A stretch of DNA of 64,000 nucleotides from a virus. The stretch lies in the IMG/VR virus record IMGVR_UViG_3300032144_000005, one strand, 5' to 3'. This document shows, one piece after another, positions 10,301-17,589 of the stretch. Below the pieces are notes generated by a model that saw nothing but the letters and a program-made list of their open reading frames with translations, ran no database searches and was not told the origin of the DNA. The position numbers were made by a program, and so were the translations under genes. Each line of letters starts with the position of its first letter. Positions within the stretch are counted from its first letter, which is position 1.

Positions 10301-13255
10301 CGCCTTACCCTCGTTCGTCACCCGCTTGAGCAGGCTGTCGGCGAGGAAGGCGACGTTCACCCCGGCCAGCTTGAGCGAGGTGATGAAATCGTAGAACTTG
10401 GACTGGGCGACCGGCAGCGTGATCGTGAAGGAGGCCGCCGTGCGCAGGGTCAGCTCCTGCACGGTCGGGCTGCCGGGGCTGAAGGACTTGATTAGGCTCT
10501 CGACCGCTGGGATGGATTCAACATCGGACATCTCCTCGACGATGGCCTTGGTATTGGCGCGCGAGTTACCCGTGACAGCGACGCCCTCGTCGGTGAAGGC
10601 GGCAATGTCGGCATCGCTAAGGGTTTCTCCATCCTCCAGCTTGTTCAGGGCCGCGAGAATCCCCTTCAGCCACACGACGTGGTCGGCCATCTTGCGCGCG
10701 GACATCGCGCGTGGGGATTCGCCCTCGTCGGCGATTTCCTCGGTCTCCTCTTCGCCCACGGGTACGCCGCGCGCCGGTCCCCCCGCCGACTCCTCGTCGC
10801 TCGCGGGTATATCAACGCTGGTGTCCTCCTCGACAATGGTGGCCTCGCCGCCGCCCGCGTCCTCGTCGATGTTGGTCTCGGTTTCCTCAGTGACATCCTC
10901 GCCGCCCACGTCCGTCTCGTCAGCCGTCCGCTCCTCGAAGAGCTGGACGGAACCCGACTGGACGGTGCGCTTGGTGCCCTTGACGTTGTCGGCTGCGGCG
11001 AGGCGCGCTTGCATCTCCGGCGACAGCGTCGCGCGGTCCTTGTAGAAGGCGTCGAAATACTGGGCCAGCTCGCGGTTGTTGCGCACGTCATCGACGCTGT
11101 CGAAGTTGATCGACAGGTCCTTCTCGTTGACGCCCTTGCCCGCGTCCCATTCGAGGTAGCCCAGCACGCGGTAGCGACCGTCGCCGCGCTGCTCCATCTT
11201 ATCCCACTCGGCGGTCTCCTTGCCGGTGACATTGAAGTCCGTGGTGCGATTGTTCTTCCCGGTGCGCTCGTGCTCCTTGGCGATGCGCTGCGAGCGGCCC
11301 ACGCGCAGCCCCTTGCCGGGCTTGCCGGGCAAAGCCTGTGAGTTGCGCCGGACGGTGCGCAGGTGGACCTTGCCGGTCTGGGTGTCTTCGATGAAGACCG
11401 CCTTGCGGGTCAGCTTGCCCGCGTTGCCACCATCGGCAGCGATCTCCATCCGGGTGAAGTTGTTGCCGTCCTCGGGCGTGAACATGTAGCCGCGAATCGG
11501 GGCCGGGATGCCTGAGAATACGGGCTCATCCGGCTTGACCGTCACGAGCGACGGCACCGAGTTGTCTGGGAAGTGAGCGAGGAAGACCTTTTCGGCCACC
11601 TTCGAGCTGTGGCCAGCCTCGGTGGCTTCCTTGAGGAAGGCCGTGCGCACCTCCTCGCGGCTGCGCTCCACCGGGCCGGTGAGGTACTTGGCGAGCAGGG
11701 TGCTCAGTGGCGGCTTGTCGCCCGTCGAGGGAGGAACCGAGGGCTTCACGGGGGCCGGGGCGGGCGCTTCACCTTCCGGCGCGAGGACCGGCGGCGGCGC
11801 GGGTGGCGCAACCACCGGGGCATTGCGCGCGGTGACGGCATCCGCCGCCTCGTTGACTTCGACCGGCGTGACGACCTTGGCGACCGGGATCTCCTCGTGG
11901 TCGGCCACAAGGCTGACGGCACCCTTGGTGTCGAGGGTTTGCTGATAGGCCGGGGTCGCAGGCGGAAGCGCGAGGGTCTGACGGGTCGGGCGGGATGCGC
12001 CGAGCTGCACCGGGCTGCCTTCGCCCAAGACGAAATTCGTGCTGCTGTCGCCGAGCTGGCGCGGGGCCGGGCGCGCGGGCCGGGTGACACCGGGCTGCGG
12101 CTCGCCACCCTCGCCCATGATGAAATTGGGATCGGGCGTACCAGCGGGACCGGGCAACGCGAGCTGTTCGGGCGGCGGCGGAAGCGCGAGGGTCTTGGGC
12201 TTGTAGCCCTCCTCGGACTCCTCCTTCTCGTTGCTCGGGGGCTGCGTGTTGATGAAGCCGGAAGCAGCACCGAAGCCCGCGCCAAGGACGCCGCCGCCAA
12301 CCATGGCTTCCGCAATGCGGTCCTTGATGGCGCTCGCCGAGAGCTGGCGCTTGTTGTTGAACTCCTCGGCGGCGATGGCGACGCCTTCCTGAAGTCCTTC
12401 GGTGAGACCCTCGCTAATGCCGCTCGCGGCCATGTTGCTGAGTGATCCCCAGACGCCGCCGCGCGCCAGAACGTCCTTCACCATCGTCGGGACGAACTTC
12501 CGCTCCACCGCCGGGAAGAGCTTATCCATGATCGGCAACTGGCCGATGTTCTCCAGCTTACCCGCGAGGGCGCCGCCACCGATGGCGCTCAGGATTCCGG
12601 TGCCGGATTCCTTGGCCTCCTCGTCCAGTCCGCCGTAGATGTCCGCCGTGTTCTGGACCGCGTTGGCAATGAACGAGGACTTCTCGGCGGCGGCTCGCGC
12701 CGCCGTACGCGCGGCAAGAGCTTCGAGACCTTCGGCGGCGGCGAGCCGTGCGGCTCGCGCGCCCACACCCACGCCAAGGCCCATCGGGATAGCCATCGAC
12801 GGTAGGTTCTCGCCGCCGATGCGCGCCGCATAGTTGAGGAAGTCGGAAGGGCCTTCGATGTCCCTGAAGCTCTGGACGCCGTAGGGGTCGCGCCTCGCCG
12901 CCGCCTCCTGTTCCTCTTGGGCGGCCTTCTTCGCGAACCAGTCACCAAGATCGCTGAAGGCATCAATCGGATAGACGAGCTTGTTGCTGCGCGCAGCCAG
13001 TTCGCCGACCTGATACAGGGTCTTCGGGAGGAAGTCAGCGATGCCGCTGCCAATCGCAGTCAGTCCCGTCTCCCACGGGCTGTCGCGCCGCTCGCGGCGC
13101 AAGCTCTGGTATTCTTCGTAGAACTCGGGGTCCGTGTCGAAGAGCTGCTTCTTGCCCTCGTTGACCACGCGGTCGCCGAGTTCGAGAATCAAAGACTCGT
13201 CGGAGAGATCACTCCCCTGACGAAGGATGCGATACCTGTCGAGGGTGGCGCTCAC
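4352..13255 (-). CDS. Giant internal virion/ejection protein of the polyvalent type, with zincin-like HExxH and ART-PolyVal-like domains
   Basis: 2967 aa at the large ejection-protein position. HEGAH lies at 10184-10198. LFQRWFGDW..SKVID..GEPRVVWHGT..F..F..GFHFG..FLNIRTP..GFDG..YIAFKPENVK at about 8670-9300 matches the ART-PolyVal pattern. Confidence 0.75.
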   Translation of the reverse strand: MSATLDRYRILRQGSDLSDESLILELGDRVVNEGKKQLFDTDPEFYEEYQSLRRERRDSPWETGLTAIGSGIADFLPKTLYQVGELAARSNKLVYPIDAFSDLGDWFAKKAAQEEQEAAARRDPYGVQSFRDIEGPSDFLNYAARIGGENLPSMAIPMGLGVGVGARAARLAAAEGLEALAARTAARAAAEKSSFIANAVQNTADIYGGLDEEAKESGTGILSAIGGGALAGKLENIGQLPIMDKLFPAVERKFVPTMVKDVLARGGVWGSLSNMAASGISEGLTEGLQEGVAIAAEEFNNKRQLSASAIKDRIAEAMVGGGVLGAGFGAASGFINTQPPSNEKEESEEGYKPKTLALPPPPEQLALPGPAGTPDPNFIMGEGGEPQPGVTRPARPAPRQLGDSSTNFVLGEGSPVQLGASRPTRQTLALPPATPAYQQTLDTKGAVSLVADHEEIPVAKVVTPVEVNEAADAVTARNAPVVAPPAPPPVLAPEGEAPAPAPVKPSVPPSTGDKPPLSTLLAKYLTGPVERSREEVRTAFLKEATEAGHSSKVAEKVFLAHFPDNSVPSLVTVKPDEPVFSGIPAPIRGYMFTPEDGNNFTRMEIAADGGNAGKLTRKAVFIEDTQTGKVHLRTVRRNSQALPGKPGKGLRVGRSQRIAKEHERTGKNNRTTDFNVTGKETAEWDKMEQRGDGRYRVLGYLEWDAGKGVNEKDLSINFDSVDDVRNNRELAQYFDAFYKDRATLSPEMQARLAAADNVKGTKRTVQSGSVQLFEERTADETDVGGEDVTEETETNIDEDAGGGEATIVEEDTSVDIPASDEESAGGPARGVPVGEEETEEIADEGESPRAMSARKMADHVVWLKGILAALNKLEDGETLSDADIAAFTDEGVAVTGNSRANTKAIVEEMSDVESIPAVESLIKSFSPGSPTVQELTLRTAASFTITLPVAQSKFYDFITSLKLAGVNVAFLADSLLKRVTNEGKARGVSLTDRDGRAFVGLSGNYMKGEITSDDVMALFHEGAHPFLRGLPEWTQRLYHQAISGLPWQSQAWISTGLGQDPRLIANTPYEQLTEPQKRIYDSITPEEMVKLRAVDPTTLAIERAVDHLAAFGISRTESRSLLSQIIRYIKGALLGVALELQKAIKGPNNVNPALARAYVENLFLQFINRDFAQSNGALAVSLRQWIGGEPTPTEKLDVFENVDGADQHFQYDPATGTKTPILPVTNTTEGQTLSMQEIIDHKNLDSRIKALTMRQIPMDVIPYLTGGIPWDKMTTEQQVGLAEEADRQLAAVELKRNAEGQLLAPNGQVSKLRESHWRIVRTPLFQRWFGDWMNDPAKASKVIDPETGEPRVVWHGTNKDFDTFKITADYGFHFGELMEAIKRVEGNNVRFTRGYFGETLTPPPGESWQEATYTTDFNGDKAHYNAVGVNFVPAFLNIRTPIKMTDGFWGDAKNIVELRNAGAIDEATADRAFAEKTLVGSVEIIKQALLDKGFDGAMYDNVAETNDTGTQTYIAFKPENVKTVTNRVFTPTERMQYTQRTAQDIQPTVSANTQFAVNNFLRTMIANLLMQPDIQRTISPRYLRNGQDTAEHLIFGRGEENTFSKKIQALKTQFTNAVDVVTKQPFPFDETARINDLAGGAKGSAQRQAVSSALIDAQKMETHVVREIGFMTKRKAELDKKVEKGNELTDAEEILLANLNSDILLFNRILNTPDVGLTAQVERLRGKLGTGFVFVMTEGAEYTVPPTPNAKASDMQKGTVPKGFMFSQAESEKMQKAIAKQKAWLLNEDNKKQGDLYDTILNQNRRMSEAAFYTVYSDQKRRLQKSAYDAMSNMLRGIGTPSAKALASRVYLLEAVLAEYIKPMDILGGKWSTAYTNAYKALKFDGTYDEFRQRYYNPLMLILMDIPDGTTDPLNRAISVFNALRPAKYKITGDGATAMRELARQSIAIDEELARIFEKEGLKVSDKALGSVGEGDREQARVRGLIRQGIFTGRVSPTESLALLIAKMNQTWQQTTDGPTMAKNAFDSWKISRAKFTENFEPFFSNETKRHFVEPLVYHNIPLFESPKTMSAGVTIYASHSNVRQAWETAKAASTGNEADLATFISELNRLEGGTAATEADVAGMTIAALAKMHSKADNLFNQRAKKADEGVHVIPKQMMESRDANDFPPEWVDVDLFDRGSNKGVIHSFAMNKAFGASGLSGTEFMVNYQALMHELAGMDEEYREYRKVMGLSAKQTKARMDADLPGDTRGSRKGRYEIARDAANHIQMLTGLRKNIAKLNDPHATHSGDARLGEELTGVAATFTLQGLRQAISQITEMFSPLWKYKFSPTGLKAVLNAVRGTGAEVVSSTLELIGAKHHFMAELARRTNRVGGVDPANFLNAQDMMNDFGTNNALASDDPLDRRTSRVTKWLTDKLRFTRSIADLQPADVAAAAVNKASRGKLDVNLSGLQGEQALAAKFRLFGMFNSINLWMLNGATISQYYTFKDMVMRGIEYINSSGNPAEFARKLIEGEMQLEGNDLGYNRKFLVLNDEAAWDFMKEAVGNKMALGSIEHMIADAWYRTRNNPQAPIITDEQYSRIRSLVVSEFQLSSTLTNTPLEARTNGIMKPFMTFITWPYSAMMRFPTLFQNAQNQYTATAITDGTIALMAGIIPLTMAASFAVDWSDEELLGKKQNIRDADVETLIPGVAPFIDPAATMERLARYGTAGLLSEVANGIINGDDTRGGGSFDSRIFILSQFQSIKQIASTLRHTGKMDYQSFFRPLMQVMGGNSVLQYSQMFNKMTGANNVESAFNERVSVGNYLRATGRDLKLQVIPSKSSGQGIPGKHTPYVARMELAVYQDNLGQFKDSFSKAVSAYAEEHPDEEDPQARVIASFKARHPLKRVFRVQPTEREYRSILENLNSHGSEAVSSSVQLFNKYLLKLGAKPTTGKKEKPGPKLKSLNLNLGLSSLNAANAAYASSFLD

Positions 13256-13261
13256 GGTGAG

Positions 13262-15154
13262 TTAGCGGTACGGCTGGTACATTCCGCTTTGGAAGAGAAG
13301 CTGGAGCAGGTAGTCCTCCTGAGAGGGTGCGCCCTGAGTTGAAACGGTCGGCATGTCGCCCGTGTACACGATGGGCAGGTCTTCCGTGTACACTGTCGGG
13401 GCCTGATAGCCCGGCGGAAGCCCGGCATCCAGATCGGAGGTGTACACCGTGGCGCCCTGCGGAGGCGTCTGCCGGAACACATCGCTCGCCAGCGCAGCGG
13501 CAATCGCAGCGCGCGAATTGGGAGCAGCCGGGAGACCACCGGAAGACCGGGGGAAGGCTTGTGCCGCCAGCATGGCGGCCTCCGCCCGGTTCTGCGGAAC
13601 GCGCGTGGAGACATTCGGCACGAAGCCGCCAGCGGGCAGTCCGGCATCCAGATCGGACGTGTACACGGTGGGCAGGCCGGAAGTCGGGAAGGACTGCCGG
13701 AAGATGTCAGCCGCAGCCGCAGCCGCCTGTCCACGATTGGGGGCGACGAACGGTGGCGTCCGCATCGAGGTGGCGCTCGCCGCCTTCAGCAGGCGCTGCG
13801 CGGCAGCTTGGCCCCGGTTCATCGGCGTGGCAGCAGGTGTGGAATCCTGCGGCAGGAAGTTGCCGGTGCGCATCCGTTCGGCAGCCGCAGCGCGACCACC
13901 AACGCCGGATGCCGGGATGACAGAAGGAGTCCGCTCGACAAGAGGAACGGCCAAGGCTTGCGCGCGGGCAGCGGCCTGCGCGAGACCTCGGTTGCCGGGG
14001 TTGGCCTGCGCCACCAGCGCCGCGATGCGGGCACGCTCGCGGGTCGCGGCAGCTTCCGGGCTCGCGGAGGCGATAGCCTCACGCTCGTTGGCCGCTCGGT
14101 TGAACGCAGCCATGCGCGAGGCTGCACCGGCACGCCCGCCAGCAGCGGGCAGGAAGGCGGAAGTATCCGTGACCTCTCCGCCGGGAACACGGGTGGATAC
14201 GGTCTGCACCACGGCGTTCGGGTCCAGCCCGCTGTCGAGATCCTTGTCAGCGCTGGGGACGCCGAACGCTTGCTCGACGGTTAGCGCCCCGCCGCCTGTG
14301 CGCGGGAGAAGTTCGTCGGCCCGCGCGGTGGCGGCCTTCATCTGGAAGCGCATCGCGCTCGGGCTCTGGCGCACCAGCTCGGTCAGGTCGCTGATGTTGC
14401 GCTGCATGCCCTTGATCTTGTCCTCGTCTGCTTCGTAGCGCTGACGGGAGAGCTGGCCTGCGAGAGTGTTGTAGGTGCCGACGGCCTGCGTTTCGGCAGC
14501 ACCCAGCTTGCGACGCTTCAGCTCGGCCTTCAGGTCTTCGAGCGTGTTGATGCCGGTGACCTCGCCGAGTTCCTCGCGCACATCCTCGGGAAGATTGGCG
14601 ATGGTCTCGGTCACAAGCGACGCCTTGTCGTTGGCGTTAAACTTCGAGTACGAATCGTAGAGCTTGTTCAGCTCGCTCTTCGCATTGTCGAGGCTCGTGG
14701 AAAGGCCCTTGGCGATGTCGTTCTCCAGACCGGCGATCTGGTCCGCATACCAGTCGATGTTCTGGGAAGTCGTATTCTCGACGCCTTCCTTCGCGGCGGG
14801 CGGTGTGCCGGTGCCGCCGAGCTGCGCGTAGATGCGCTTCAGCTCGCTCTGGGACTTGGACTCCAGCTCGGCCTTGCGGGCAGCGGCCTCAGCCTTCTGC
14901 TCGTCGAGGATGCGCGTGGTCTTCTCGCGCTCGATCTCACGGGCGTTCTCAAGGTTCCGCTCGTTCATCTGGTTCCTCATCCCGAACTCAAGGTAGGCGT
15001 CCTCGATCTTCTGCCGACGCGCGATCTCGCGCAGGCGCTCTTGGGCGCGCATCTGCTCGATCTCGACCTTGGGTGCGTTGATCCCGCTGATGAGCCCGGC
15101 GTTCGGCGCGAACAGGCCCTGCAGGAAGGCGGCGTTCTGGAGTGCGGTGGCCAT
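13262..15154 (-). CDS. Probable internal virion/ejection protein with repetitive C-terminal half
   Basis: Sits between the pilot-like and giant ejection genes. N-terminal half is coiled-coil; C-terminal half has Ala/Pro-rich NRGQAAA and TVYTSDLDAGLP repeats. Confidence 0.6.
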   Translation of the reverse strand: MATALQNAAFLQGLFAPNAGLISGINAPKVEIEQMRAQERLREIARRQKIEDAYLEFGMRNQMNERNLENAREIEREKTTRILDEQKAEAAARKAELESKSQSELKRIYAQLGGTGTPPAAKEGVENTTSQNIDWYADQIAGLENDIAKGLSTSLDNAKSELNKLYDSYSKFNANDKASLVTETIANLPEDVREELGEVTGINTLEDLKAELKRRKLGAAETQAVGTYNTLAGQLSRQRYEADEDKIKGMQRNISDLTELVRQSPSAMRFQMKAATARADELLPRTGGGALTVEQAFGVPSADKDLDSGLDPNAVVQTVSTRVPGGEVTDTSAFLPAAGGRAGAASRMAAFNRAANEREAIASASPEAAATRERARIAALVAQANPGNRGLAQAAARAQALAVPLVERTPSVIPASGVGGRAAAAERMRTGNFLPQDSTPAATPMNRGQAAAQRLLKAASATSMRTPPFVAPNRGQAAAAAADIFRQSFPTSGLPTVYTSDLDAGLPAGGFVPNVSTRVPQNRAEAAMLAAQAFPRSSGGLPAAPNSRAAIAAALASDVFRQTPPQGATVYTSDLDAGLPPGYQAPTVYTEDLPIVYTGDMPTVSTQGAPSQEDYLLQLLFQSGMYQPYR

Positions 15155-15157
15155 GGC

Positions 15158-16732
15158 TTAGCTCGTGCCGCGACGGAACGGCAGCGTGGAGGTGTTTGAA
15201 TTACCCAGCGGATTGACGTTGGTGCCGCCGCCGGTGTTCAGGCCCTTGATGGCGTTGATAAGCTGGTTGTTCTGGTAGTAGCTGGAGAGCCCTTGGCCGA
15301 GACTGCCGAGTGCGCTGCCCGCAATCTGGCCGCCGCTGATCGGCTGCTCGTACTGGGCAGCGGTGTAGCCCGGCGTACCGGGCTGGTTCTGCCGGAAGAA
15401 CTGGAGGGTGCCGAGCAGCGCGTTGATGTCGTTGTAGGGCGCCTGCGCGGCGAGCTGGTCGAGCTGGAGCTTCGTCTGGGCGAGGCCGCCACCCGCGTTC
15501 AGATTGGCGAGGCGGGTCTGGACGTCGTTGCTGAACAGCGCGGCGTTGTCCGTGGTGTTCTGGAGGAGGGCACTCGCCTCGGCGGCGCGGGCGTTGGAGT
15601 CCAAGAACCCGGTGAGCGCCTTGAGATACTCGGAGTTCACGCCGAAGCGGCCCGTGGCGTCCGCCTCGTTGATGCCATACAGGCGGTTCGCCTGCTCAAC
15701 CCCGGCCTGCGCCCGCGCGCCGGACGCCTGCTGGTAGCCTTGCGCGAGGGTTCGGGCGCGCATGAGGGCGTCGCCCGAACCAGAACCAACGAAGCCAGCG
15801 AGGGCGCGCTGGGCGCTCTGGCGCTGGAGTTCGTTCTCGGTCGCCTGCTTGGCAGCGTTGGCGAAAGTGTCGGCCTGCAGCATGGCGGCATCGTAGATGC
15901 CTTGGCTGCCCGTGGTGCGCGTCTGCAGGATGCGGTCGAGATCGGACAACTGGCCTTGGTTCAGCTCGCCGTACTTCTTGCGCAGCTCGTCGATCTTCAT
16001 CTGCTCCGTGCCCGCGAGCTGGCTGCGCGCGGCATTGATCTCGTCCTGCTTGGCCTGCTGCTGGGCGAGGAACTGGCCCTGATAGAGGGCGTCGAGCGTC
16101 TGCGGGCCGTAGTCGAGCAGGCGCTGATACTGCGGCGGAAGCACCCAGCTCTCGGTGCTGGTCGTGCCGCCACCGCCGCCACCCGTCGTGCCACCGCCGC
16201 CGTAGGTGTTGGTGACAAAGGTCTGGAAGTCGCCCATCGAGTCGGGATTGGCGGCAAGGTGATCGCGGAGCCACTGAACCGGGGTCCGGTCATCCTCGCC
16301 CGGCGGGCGGTTGGCGTCGCTCCACGCCATGTGGCGGTTGTACTCGGCGGCAAAGCCGGGGTCCGAGTCGAAGTACGCCTGAGCCACGGCGTCATCGGAG
16401 AGCGACATCTGCGGGCTGACGTTGCCCGGACTCATGCTCGGGCTGATCCCAAGGATTCGATTCAGCAGAACCTGCTCAAGGCCCTGACCGTAGGCGGTGA
16501 AGCCGAGCGGCAGGACGGTGTTGACGGCGCTGCCTGCACCACCGGGAACACCAGCGAGTCCACCGGGATTGATGCCGCGAGACAGGAGGTACTGGTTCCA
16601 GTTGGCCTCGTTCGCCGCTGCGGCCTGTTCGGCGTTCGCGGTGTTCTGCGCTTGCTGGGCCTTCTTCGCGGCATTTCCCGCGATGAGCGACCCGCCTATA
16701 CCGATAACTGCGCCTGTGATTGCTGCGGACAT
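15158..16732 (-). CDS. Probable DNA pilot/ejection protein
   Basis: N-terminus MSAAITGAVIGIGGSLIAGNAAKKAQQAQ and C-terminus GGQIAGSALGSLGQGLSSY, with Q/A/G-rich composition typical of podoviral ejection proteins. Confidence 0.65.
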   Translation of the reverse strand: MSAAITGAVIGIGGSLIAGNAAKKAQQAQNTANAEQAAAANEANWNQYLLSRGINPGGLAGVPGGAGSAVNTVLPLGFTAYGQGLEQVLLNRILGISPSMSPGNVSPQMSLSDDAVAQAYFDSDPGFAAEYNRHMAWSDANRPPGEDDRTPVQWLRDHLAANPDSMGDFQTFVTNTYGGGGTTGGGGGGTTSTESWVLPPQYQRLLDYGPQTLDALYQGQFLAQQQAKQDEINAARSQLAGTEQMKIDELRKKYGELNQGQLSDLDRILQTRTTGSQGIYDAAMLQADTFANAAKQATENELQRQSAQRALAGFVGSGSGDALMRARTLAQGYQQASGARAQAGVEQANRLYGINEADATGRFGVNSEYLKALTGFLDSNARAAEASALLQNTTDNAALFSNDVQTRLANLNAGGGLAQTKLQLDQLAAQAPYNDINALLGTLQFFRQNQPGTPGYTAAQYEQPISGGQIAGSALGSLGQGLSSYYQNNQLINAIKGLNTGGGTNVNPLGNSNTSTLPFRRGTS

Positions 16733-17589
16733 TTTGCGTCGTGGGTCAGTAGCGCATCGAGTTCCAGCGCTGATTTTTTTGCAATCCCATAATCAACTGT
16801 GAGTTCCTCTCCCAGTCCGATCTGGCGCAGCGAAAACATGCCGATGCTCAGGTCCTCTGGGATGCAGCGAAATTCGCAATTCGGCGTGGCCGAATGATTC
16901 GTGTAGCGACCGAGAGGCGTGCGGCACATACCGATCCGCGCGGGCGCAATGCTGACTCCGTCATCGAACTCCATCGCGGCAAACATGCCGATGCCATGGA
17001 TGGATGACTTGTCCGGCCTGACGCGCACGTTCCACGGATAGGCGAGCGGGATCAGGTCATCGCTACCGCAGGTCATCTCCTCGACCTGCTGCTCCGTGTA
17101 GCCAAGCAGCGCGACGGTGCGTGAGAAGCTCTCGTGGTCCTTGACGATCTTGAGTGCCACCTCACCGGCTTTCATCCGGCGCTCGAAGTCGAGCTGGGCC
17201 GGGCTCTTGATGAGCAACTGCTCCTCCAGTGTGGCGATGTCGATCTCGTTGGTCGGGTGAATGGTGAGCCAGCGCGAGTCCTCGTGAATATATCCCACCT
17301 TGCGGTCGAACGCCTTGCCGACGAAGACGTCGCCACCTTTCATCTCGCGGACGTGGCCAGCGATCACCACCGACACGCGCCCGCTGAGAACGACGTTCAT
17401 GCAATCGTGCCGATGGGACATGCCGATAGCCAGCGTGCCCTCCTTGAAGCGAGCCTCGCGCATGTAGATACCGGGCGCGAAATGATGCACGACCTCCGGC
17501 AGCGTCTGCTCGTACTCCAGCATCTTCGCCTCCAGCGCCTCGATCTGCTCGGGCGTCACATAGCGGGACAGCATTAGTTCGAGGTCCAT
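16696..17589 (-). CDS. Cupin-like domain fused to SET-domain lysine methyltransferase
   Basis: N-terminal HHFAPGIYMRE..GTLAIGMSHRH..NVVLSG is cupin-like. C-terminal SSIHGIGMFA, RYTNHSATPNC and GEELTVDY are the three canonical SET motifs. Confidence 0.85.
   Translation of the reverse strand: MDLELMLSRYVTPEQIEALEAKMLEYEQTLPEVVHHFAPGIYMREARFKEGTLAIGMSHRHDCMNVVLSGRVSVVIAGHVREMKGGDVFVGKAFDRKVGYIHEDSRWLTIHPTNEIDIATLEEQLLIKSPAQLDFERRMKAGEVALKIVKDHESFSRTVALLGYTEQQVEEMTCGSDDLIPLAYPWNVRVRPDKSSIHGIGMFAAMEFDDGVSIAPARIGMCRTPLGRYTNHSATPNCEFRCIPEDLSIGMFSLRQIGLGEELTVDYGIAKKSALELDALLTHDAKCPQQSQAQLSV

Noticed and set aside
7016-10495. 1159-aa plus-strand ORF (also 26743-29619, 24670-26268, 15293-16792, 31431-32441 and many others)
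   Set aside because: Antisense shadows of real minus-strand genes caused by high GC3. The translations are L/V/R/G-rich with no motifs and overlap well-supported CDSs.
4352-13255. Giant protein as an N4-like virion RNA polymerase, prompted by the triloop hairpins
   Set aside because: No single-subunit RNAP motifs (RxxxKxxxMxxxYG, catalytic D..HD) were found by eye; the motifs fit a polyvalent ejection protein.
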